In this document: positions 39,425-46,747 of the stretch, piece after piece
How the letters are laid out: each line of letters starts with the position of its first letter
Numbering within the stretch: position 1 is the first letter of the stretch
Assembly (NCBI GenBank): GCA_963721805.1
Contig: CAVRJY010000002.1
Coordinates: 5,067 to 69,066, forward strand
Source: Nitrospirota bacterium
GTDB taxonomy: Bacteria > Nitrospirota > Thermodesulfovibrionia > Thermodesulfovibrionales > JdFR-86
Length of the DNA stretch: 64,000 nucleotides
Direction of reading: 5' to 3'
Program-made: the position numbers and the translations under genes
Notes under the pieces: model-generated
What the model saw: the letters and a program-made list of their open reading frames with translations, nothing else
Told to the model about the DNA's origin: nothing
The model's database searches: none

Positions 39425-40207
39425 ATGAAGAGAAGGTTTACGAGTTTGGTATTGGGGTTGCTGCTGGTTCTGGGGGCAACCGGCGTGGCTTTGGCTGATG
39501 AGGCCCCGGCCGCGGCCCCTTCCATACCCACATCCGCTACGGCGTCGGTAAGCTACCTAAGCCAGTATGTCTGGCGCGGCCTCGTCCTGAGCGACGGGTG
39601 GGTGATACAGCCCTCGATAGACTTCAACTACGGCGGGTTTAATGCCAATCTGTGGATGAACTACGACAGGAACCCGGACATCCAGCAGACGAACGAGACT
39701 GACCTGACTCTTAAATACACATACTCGGTCAAGGACCTGAGCCTGAGCGCGGGCTATATCTACTATGGCGTCGTGGGCGCAAACACCGAAGAGGCGTTCG
39801 CCACACTCTCGTACGCGACGATCTTAAACCCGTCGATCACCTACTACCAGGACCTCCGTCTCGGCGATGGCGGCGGCTTCGCGGTGCTCGCGGTGAGCCA
39901 GACGAGCCCTGAGCTCTGGCACGGGATCACGGCCGGAGGCGGCGCATCTGTGGGGTATGACTGCAACGATGCGGTGATGGGATTTAAGAAGGACGGCAAG
40001 AAGTACAGCGGATTCTACAACGGCGAGCTCTCGACCTTCGTCAACATACCCGTGACGAAGGCTATCTCGATCAGGCCGTCGCTGGCGTACGACTTCCCGC
40101 TTACGAAGGACGCGGCATACATAATGAAGTCCTCGTCCATGGCCTTCGCGGGTAACGCTCATAACTCCGTGCTCTGGGGCGGAGTGACGGTAGCGCTGGC
40201 ATTCTAA
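39425..40207 (+). CDS. TorF-family outer-membrane porin, paralog of 20307-21095
   Basis: Collinear with the first porin over its whole length (SYLSQYVWRGLVLS..IQPSIDFNYGGFNANLWMNY...GGVTVALAF). A GGAGG lies 8 nt before the ATG. Confidence 0.7.
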   Translation: MKRRFTSLVLGLLLVLGATGVALADEAPAAAPSIPTSATASVSYLSQYVWRGLVLSDGWVIQPSIDFNYGGFNANLWMNYDRNPDIQQTNETDLTLKYTYSVKDLSLSAGYIYYGVVGANTEEAFATLSYATILNPSITYYQDLRLGDGGGFAVLAVSQTSPELWHGITAGGGASVGYDCNDAVMGFKKDGKKYSGFYNGELSTFVNIPVTKAISIRPSLAYDFPLTKDAAYIMKSSSMAFAGNAHNSVLWGGVTVALAF

Positions 40208-40228
40208 GGAAGGCATCCCTCCCCCCCT

Positions 40229-40264
40229 CCGGCAACGGTCCCCGGCGTGCCGTTGCCGGGGGGA
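40229..40264 (+). terminator. Hairpin CCGGCAACGG..CCGTTGCCGG(GGGG), homologous to 21458-21497
   Basis: Inverted repeat seen directly, preceded by the same C-rich tract. Confidence 0.45.
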
Positions 40265-40317
40265 ACTCCTTTGGCCCGGCGTGTGTGGATTTCAGCATTT
40301 TGTAGAGCGAAGCAGGC

Positions 40318-41139
40318 ATGAGCGACATAGAGAAAGGCATGAACCCCAAAGACAGACTGATAACGAGCCGCAACCGGGAGCTGGAGGCCGTGCTGGAGGT
40401 CAGCCGGGTCCTGACGGGCTCGTTCGACCTGCAGGAGAACCTGACGGCGGCGATGGAGACGCTGGGGATAATGCTCGATCTGGAGCGCGGGTGCGTGTTC
40501 CTCAGAGACGGGGAGACGGACGAGCTTCGGATAATTGCGGCGCACGGGCTTACGCGGGATGAGATCTCGCGCGGCATATACAAGGCGGGCGAGGGGATCG
40601 TGGGCTCGGTGATCGAGAGCGGGCAGCCGATGTTCATCCCTGACATCGGGGCCGAGCCGAAGTTTTTAAACCGCACCGGGTCGAGGCCGACGAAGAAGGG
40701 CATCTCGTTCATCTGCGTGCCTATCATGCTCAAGGGCGCGGCGATGGGCGTGCTGAGCGTAGACCGGATATACTCCGATGAGCGCGGCGGGCTGGACGAC
40801 GACCTCCGCGTGCTGGGGATAGTCTCATGGTTCATAGCGCAGTTCGTCGCGTTTGAGGGCTACGCCCGGCAGGGCAGCATATCGCTTATGAAACCTCGCT
40901 GGGAGCATGCATTGGCCAATCCCGGATCTTCGGGAGCGGGCTCGCTCAGAGATGAGGTGATCAACCTCGAGCGCGAGCGGATGATTCGGGCGCTTACCGA
41001 AAACTCCTTCGTGCAGCACCGCGCAGCGACGGCCCTCGGCATCACGCCGCGGCAGTTCGGCTACAGGCTCAGGAAGTACGGCATCGACCCCGACGCCCTC
41101 AAATACGCGACCAGGATCCATACCGACCAGGGCGTCTAA
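40318..41139 (+). CDS. GAF domain + Fis-type HTH regulator lacking the sigma-54 AAA+ module
   Basis: A GAF-like N-terminal half (..RGCVFLRDGETDELRIIAAHGL..GEGIVGSVIESGQPMFIPDI..FICVPIMLKGAAMGVLSVDR) and a C-terminal HTH (RAATALGITPRQFGYRLRKYGI). Only ~50 aa lie between them. Confidence 0.7.
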   Translation: MSDIEKGMNPKDRLITSRNRELEAVLEVSRVLTGSFDLQENLTAAMETLGIMLDLERGCVFLRDGETDELRIIAAHGLTRDEISRGIYKAGEGIVGSVIESGQPMFIPDIGAEPKFLNRTGSRPTKKGISFICVPIMLKGAAMGVLSVDRIYSDERGGLDDDLRVLGIVSWFIAQFVAFEGYARQGSISLMKPRWEHALANPGSSGAGSLRDEVINLERERMIRALTENSFVQHRAATALGITPRQFGYRLRKYGIDPDALKYATRIHTDQGV

Positions 41140-41295
41140 CAAAACCTTTACAACCCTACCATTATGTCCTACAATTTCGTATGATGTTGCGGATTGGTAA
41201 CCTCACGCCTCGCCTGAACTCCCTGATATATCGGCAAATATGTATTTGGCACGAAAAGTGGATATCAATTTGGTAACCAGCATCAATAATGTTAG

Positions 41296-41652
<357 letters not shown>

Positions 41653-41656
41653 GGCC

Positions 41657-43045
41657 ATGAGACTCCACAGGGTATTCGCTGCACTGGTATTGATGCTGAT
41701 GCTCGGCATGATGGGCTCTGCTGTAGCCTTCGCGGATGAGGGGGGCGCGGCCCCTCTCACTACGGCCCAGTCCGCTGTTGTAGCCGCAGTACCCGCCGCC
41801 CCGGCCCCGGCGGCCCCGAAGGTCGACAGCGGCGATACCGCATGGATGCTGGCCGCGACCGCGCTGGTCATGTTTATGACCCCCGGCCTCGCGCTCTTCT
41901 ACGGCGGCATGGTGCGGCGCAAAAACGTGCTCGGCACGATGATGCACAGCTTCATCATACTTTGCATGGTGAGCATCGCGTGGATAGTGTACGTATACAG
42001 CATGGCCTTCGGCCCGTCGATTCACGGCTTCGTCGGCAACCTCGACTGGCTGGGGCTTCGGGGCGTCGGAGCGGCGCCGAGCGACAAGTACGGCTCGACC
42101 ATACCGCACATCCTATTTATGATGTATCAGGGCATGTTCGCGATCATCACGCCGGCGCTCATCACCGGCGCGTTCGCGGAGCGCATGAAGTTCAAGGCCC
42201 TCGTGCTGTTTTCGATCCTCTGGCTGACGGTCGTGTACGCGCCCGTATGCCACTGGGTCTGGAACGTCGACGGCTGGCTCGCCAAGAAGGGCGCGCTTGA
42301 CTTTGCGGGCGGCACGGTCGTGCATATAAACTCGGCCATCGCGGGCCTGGTCGGCGCGTTCATGCTCGGCAAGAGGAAGGGCTATCAGGTGGAGGCGATG
42401 CCTCCGCACAACCTGACGCTCACCTTCATAGGCGGCGCGATACTCTGGTTTGGGTGGTTCGGGTTCAATGCCGGAAGCGCGCTTGGCGCTAACGGCCTGG
42501 CCGGATTTGCGTTCGTCAACACCAACACCGGTGCGGCCGCGGCCGCACTGGGCTGGTCGCTCGCGGAGTGGATGCACCACGGCAAGGCCACCGTGCTCGG
42601 CGCTGTGTCGGGCTGCGTGGCCGGGCTGGTTGCGATCACGCCGGCGGCGGGTTTCGTGACCCCGATGGCAGCTATCGCAATCGGCATCGGCGGCGGGGTG
42701 CTCTGCTATCTGGCCGTAAGCGTCAGGCCCAAGCTCGGTTATGACGATTCGCTCGACGTCTTCAGCGTGCACGGCATAGGCGGCATATGGGGCGCGCTCG
42801 CCACCGGACTGTTCGCGACCAAGCTCATCAACCCTGCCGGAGGCGACGGCCTGTTCTACGGCAACCCCGGTCAGCTCGGCGTGCAGGCGACCGCCGTAGT
42901 CGCGACGCTGGTATACTCCGGCGTGGTGAGCTTCATACTCTACAAGGTAGTTGACCTGCTCGTCGGACTGAAGGTCTCGGTGGATGACGAACGCAAGGGG
43001 CTGGATCTGTCCCAGCACGGGGAAGAGGGCTACCAGGGGTTCTGA
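41657..43045 (+). CDS. amtB: Ammonium transporter (Amt family) with signal peptide
   Basis: DTAWMLAATALVMFMTPGLALFYGGM, DFAGGTVVHINSA and FGWFGFNAGSA. Confidence 0.9.
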   Translation: MRLHRVFAALVLMLMLGMMGSAVAFADEGGAAPLTTAQSAVVAAVPAAPAPAAPKVDSGDTAWMLAATALVMFMTPGLALFYGGMVRRKNVLGTMMHSFIILCMVSIAWIVYVYSMAFGPSIHGFVGNLDWLGLRGVGAAPSDKYGSTIPHILFMMYQGMFAIITPALITGAFAERMKFKALVLFSILWLTVVYAPVCHWVWNVDGWLAKKGALDFAGGTVVHINSAIAGLVGAFMLGKRKGYQVEAMPPHNLTLTFIGGAILWFGWFGFNAGSALGANGLAGFAFVNTNTGAAAAALGWSLAEWMHHGKATVLGAVSGCVAGLVAITPAAGFVTPMAAIAIGIGGGVLCYLAVSVRPKLGYDDSLDVFSVHGIGGIWGALATGLFATKLINPAGGDGLFYGNPGQLGVQATAVVATLVYSGVVSFILYKVVDLLVGLKVSVDDERKGLDLSQHGEEGYQGF

Positions 43046-43068
43046 GAGATTTTTATCCGTATACACGC

Positions 43069-43107
43069 GGGGGTGGAGCGACGTGCTCCATCCCCGCTTA
43101 CTTTTTT
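43069..43107 (+). terminator. amtB terminator hairpin + T-run
   Basis: GGGGGTGGAGC-gacg-TGCTCCATCCCC, then ..CTTTTTT. The T-run merges into the first bases of the cassette arm. Confidence 0.55.
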
Positions 43108-43285
43108 CAAAGCGCGCCAAATCGCTTGATACGTCGTTGGGCTTCAAAGACTCGCCCTCTATGTACGCCCAAGTACACCATCGGGCGGTCTTCTCGCCCT
43201 GCCTTGTCTGAAGACGATTTGGGCGCGCTTTCGGGGGTTAATAGCTGCTACGCAGATGGACCCCCGCGCCCCCGTGGTCAACGGC
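43106..43285 (+). repeat. E1 left arm (hairpin 1 ~43109-43240, hairpin 2 ~43241-43270, terminal GGTCAACGGC 43276-43285)
   Basis: AAAGCGCGCCAAATCG pairs with CGATTTGGGCGCGCTTT. The apex is TGTAC-gcccaa-GTACA. Then comes CGGGGG-(23 nt)-CCCCCG. Confidence 0.7.
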
Positions 43286-43325
43286 ATGATTAGAGATATT
43301 GCATTTGCTTATGATAGGTGTGCTA

Positions 43326-44348
43326 TCAATTAGTTAGTTTTGAGCTAATCCCACTTAAATACTCAAGCGCGCTGTCTTCATCGTATATTACCTTTGTCCC
43401 ATATATTTCATGAAGGGCTAATGGTTTATCGCATATCCAATGTGCAAGGCTTGTTTCAGTTAGAAAGGCATCACAATAGGGTAAAGCCCATTGAGCATGA
43501 GAAATATCTGTCAGGTCGTTTGGCTTAAATCGCTGGCTTTTGTTATATCTAAATAACGCATGGATACTTGCGCCAATATGAATCCAAGGCAATTCCTTGT
43601 TAATCTTCTTTTGATCGAAGGCAGCGTAAATGAATAGTCGCGTTTGTTTAACTAACTCAGTTCGAACTGTTTCATCCCATGAAGGTGCATGGCCTGTATT
43701 CTTAGCATCAAGAAATTCCCAGACCCCATCGATGTCGTCTTTGAGAACATCCAAGCTTCCTGTAATCTCTAGCATGAATACTTCGTGAAATGTTTTCCAA
43801 TCTTGGTTTTCATCCTTTCCGTGATTCAGTCTTGCTATTAAATCTTCTGAATTTTTAGTGTGAAATTCTCCAGAAATATCCTCAGTTTTTCTCCATACAT
43901 ACTTTGCCGGGGTATATGGTTGATTGCCTTTAACTTTACTCTCACTATTACGAATAAACAAGATGAGTTCTTGTCCAGCAATACTCAGCGGTGATAAGAA
44001 AGTTATCTGTTGGCTTAGTTCGTCCATCACTTTTGCGATCTGAAGCTTTCCTTGCTCATTACCGTAATTAATTAAATCTTTATGCACATGGGGGCTAAGA
44101 GGACAAATTGCAATATTTGAGCGGACGAGCATTTTCAATATATTGAAGATGTCTACTTGCCTAGGAGATGCCTTGCCAATTGAAGCATTGCTCATATTAA
44201 TCCAATAGTTGGTATCAAGGTAAATCCTATGCTTCTTGAGCATTTCTTCTCCAAGTTCGATTTTTGATTGCTCATAAAGTTCTTCATTATGCATAGAAAC
44301 TATTTTAAACCTTTGTGCAGAATTATTCTCTTGAAACCATGCGGACAC
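43326..44348 (-). CDS. E1 cargo: hypothetical protein (322-340 aa), AT-rich
   Basis: Long ORF. The start is ambiguous (GTG at 44348 or ATG at 44294). YLDTNYWI near the N-terminus and PYCDAFLTETS near the C-terminus are loosely PIN-like. No firm family assignment. Confidence 0.55.
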   Translation of the reverse strand: MSAWFQENNSAQRFKIVSMHNEELYEQSKIELGEEMLKKHRIYLDTNYWINMSNASIGKASPRQVDIFNILKMLVRSNIAICPLSPHVHKDLINYGNEQGKLQIAKVMDELSQQITFLSPLSIAGQELILFIRNSESKVKGNQPYTPAKYVWRKTEDISGEFHTKNSEDLIARLNHGKDENQDWKTFHEVFMLEITGSLDVLKDDIDGVWEFLDAKNTGHAPSWDETVRTELVKQTRLFIYAAFDQKKINKELPWIHIGASIHALFRYNKSQRFKPNDLTDISHAQWALPYCDAFLTETSLAHWICDKPLALHEIYGTKVIYDEDSALEYLSGISSKLTN

Positions 44349-44440
44349 TCATGAGCAATAAAGCAATTCCATCTTGTGTCCGAAGCTGGCACACAATCAC
44401 AAGATACGCCCCCATACCACAACACCCCGGAACTGGTCAA

Positions 44441-44470
44441 TGGGAACTGGTTCCTAGGAACCAGTTCCCA
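44441..44470. promoter_or_regulatory. 30-bp perfect palindrome TGGGAACTGGTTCCTAGGAACCAGTTCCCA with flanking half-sites, upstream of the E1 cargo gene
   Basis: I verified that the reverse complement is identical. Extra half-sites GGAACTGGT (44429-44437) and GGAAGCGGTTCCC (44471-44483) flank it. It lies ~95-120 nt upstream of the cargo start on the minus strand. Confidence 0.55.
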
Positions 44471-44570
44471 GGAAGCGGTTCCCATGGACGCGTTCCGCCT
44501 TTTCGTTCTATCATCGCGCATGAAGTATATAGCAGATATATTAACGGGACGGAAAACCGGGCGGCCACAT

Positions 44571-44711
44571 GAAAAACGTTTCTGAACGCATGAACACAGG
44601 GGTAGCTAAAAAGCGATGAAATCCGCGAGGTTGAGATGCGTTTTGTTTTTTCATTTGAACGCCCTAAAAAAATACGCGCGGCCGCGCGCGATAACTATGT
44701 ATATAACTAAG
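44571..44711. other. Conserved internal module of the cassettes (E1 copy)
   Basis: Shares these blocks with 61359-61498: GAAAACGTTTCTGAACGCATGAACA, CGATGAAATCCGC, TTCATTTGAACGC, an A-run plus GC palindrome, and TATGTATATAACTAAG. Confidence 0.6.
44666..44690 (-). terminator. Minus-strand intrinsic terminator inside the E1 module
   Basis: The minus strand reads CGCGCGCGGCCGCGCG followed by TATTTTTTT. Confidence 0.55.
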
Positions 44712-44885
44712 CCGTTGACCTTGTGGGGCGCGGGGGGCGTCCTTCATCCGTGCCCCCCGAAAGCGCGCCCAAATCGTCTTCAGACAAGGCAGGGCGAGAA
44801 GACCGCCCGATGGTGTACTGTGACGTACATGGAGGGCGAGTCTTTGATGCCCAACGACGTATCAAGCGATTTGGCGCGCTTTGAA
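44711..44885 (-). repeat. E1 right arm (inverted copy of left arm)
   Basis: The reverse complement aligns with 43106-43285. The stems are conserved, but the apex loop (gtcaca versus gcccaa) and the hairpin-2 loop differ. Confidence 0.7.
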
Positions 44886-44898
44886 GAAGGATAGTTTG

Positions 44899-46248
44899 CT
44901 AAACCAAAAGGTAGTATCTCACCCAGACGTACAGGGTAGATACCCCGACCGTCAGTATCATGATCGGCATGCCTATGGACATGAAGCGCAGGAACGACAC
45001 CTTCCGCCCTGCGCGTTCCGCCATCTCCAGCACTATCACGTTTGCGGACGCGCCGATAGCCGTCCCGTTTCCGCCGAGGCAGGCCCCAAGCGCGAGCGAC
45101 CACCATACGGGCATCAGTTCGTGGTGCTGCAGGAGCTGGACCCCGCTCAAGTTCGGCCAGAGCTGCCTGCCTATGTCCACTATGAGCGGGTTCATCGTCG
45201 CCACATAAGGGATGTTGTCGATGAACGCCGAGGCGAAGGCCGAAAACCACATCACGACCATCGAGGTCGCGAGCATCCGGCCGTGCGTGATGTCCAGGAC
45301 CCTTATGGCGAGCCAGTTTATGAGCCCGACCTTCACGACCGCGCCTACGATGATGAAAAGCCCGATGAAGAAAAATATCGTCGGCCACTCGACCTCGGCG
45401 AATACCGCGTGCAGGTTCTCGGGCCGCGACAGGAGCAGGAGCGCCCCGGCCCCCGCAAGCGCAACGGTCGCGGGCTGCAGGTGCAGTGTCCCGTGCAGGA
45501 CGAAGCCGACCAGCACGACCGCGAGCACGCACAGGGACTTGGTGAGCATCACCGGATCGGTAATCGCCTCGCGCTCGTCCATCGCCATCACGCGCGCCTT
45601 GAGCGCGTCCGTGGCCCGCAGCTTCCGGCCCCAGATCAGCCTTATCGCGCCGAGATAGCTGATCATTACCAGCGCTATCGCGGGCGTGAGGTGAATGATG
45701 AAGTCCATGAAGTCCAGATGCGCCTTAGACGCGATCATTATGTTCGGCGGGTCGCCGATGAGCGTGGCGGTGCCGCCTATGTTCGAGGCCAGCGCGCACG
45801 AGATCAGAAACGGCACGGGGTCGAGCTCCAGCGCGTCGGCGATGAGCATGGTCACCGGCCCGATCAGGAGCACGGTGGTCACGTTGTCGAGGACGGCGCT
45901 CAGTATGGCGGTGACTATCGAGAACGCGGCCAGTATGCGGAATGGCTCGCCCCGGCCCCACTTCGCGCTCTTTATCGCGATGTACTCAAACAGCCCGGTC
46001 GGCCGCGTCAGGTTCACGATGATCATCATCGAGATCAGCAGGCATATGACGTTCCAGTCCACGCCGAGCTCCTCGGTGTGGAACGCGTCGTGCTGGTCGA
46101 GCACGCGCAGCACGAGCAGCACCGCCGCGCCGAGTATCGCGACCGTGGTCTTGTGGAGCTTCTCAGAGACGATCAGCGCATAGGCGAGCGCGAACACCCC
46201 GGCCGCGATCCAGAACTGCGCGCTGAACGCGGGATCGACCGGGATCAT
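44899..46248 (-). CDS. ArsB/NhaD-superfamily (CitMHS-like) anion/ion permease
   Basis: 449 aa polytopic protein. I recognise the family from the overall pattern (..FALAYALIVSEKLHKTTVAILGAAVLLV.. ..GGTATLIGDPPNIMI..). Confidence 0.7.
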   Translation of the reverse strand: MIPVDPAFSAQFWIAAGVFALAYALIVSEKLHKTTVAILGAAVLLVLRVLDQHDAFHTEELGVDWNVICLLISMMIIVNLTRPTGLFEYIAIKSAKWGRGEPFRILAAFSIVTAILSAVLDNVTTVLLIGPVTMLIADALELDPVPFLISCALASNIGGTATLIGDPPNIMIASKAHLDFMDFIIHLTPAIALVMISYLGAIRLIWGRKLRATDALKARVMAMDEREAITDPVMLTKSLCVLAVVLVGFVLHGTLHLQPATVALAGAGALLLLSRPENLHAVFAEVEWPTIFFFIGLFIIVGAVVKVGLINWLAIRVLDITHGRMLATSMVVMWFSAFASAFIDNIPYVATMNPLIVDIGRQLWPNLSGVQLLQHHELMPVWWSLALGACLGGNGTAIGASANVIVLEMAERAGRKVSFLRFMSIGMPIMILTVGVSTLYVWVRYYLLV

Positions 46249-46395
46249 CTCGATTCACCATTGCCGAGGCGGCCGCTCGGCTTAACCATCAAGTTCCTGG
46301 CCCTCATGGGCACCCCTCTCTCCCCTCAAAGAAACGCCCCGCATCGTCACGGGGCGTTCCCTGAGGGGTTAGTTAATATCCGGGCGTCGCGGCGA

Positions 46396-46734
<339 letters not shown>

Positions 46735-46747
46735 TTATCCGGTCCTC

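Larger units (their letters stand above)
43106..44885. mobile_element. Fold-back cassette E1: ~180-bp inverted arms + conserved internal module + one AT-rich gene
   Basis: Left arm 43106-43285 and right arm 44711-44885 are reverse complements. I count about 5 mismatches in the outer ~133 nt. The interior is AT-rich in a GC-rich context. A second element with the same plan lies at 60224-61696. Confidence 0.55.

Noticed and set aside
41247-41262. Sigma-54 promoter upstream of glnB-amtB (TGGCAC-N5-GTGGA)
   Set aside because: The -24 element is perfect, but the -12 element lacks the conserved GC (GTGG instead of TTGC). I did not consider that sufficient to call.
43106-43285. Cassette arms as integron attC sites, or the cassettes as pdif (Xer) modules
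   Set aside because: - There are no RYYYAAC / GTTRRRY core boxes at the stem base.
- The arms flank the cargo in inverted rather than direct orientation, and there is no intI in the window.
- The ATAACTATGTATATAAC segment resembles a dif spacer only superficially. Its two ATAAC words are direct repeats, not the inverted XerC/XerD arms.
- I keep only a loose analogy to attC (a folded site with a bulge and a variable loop).
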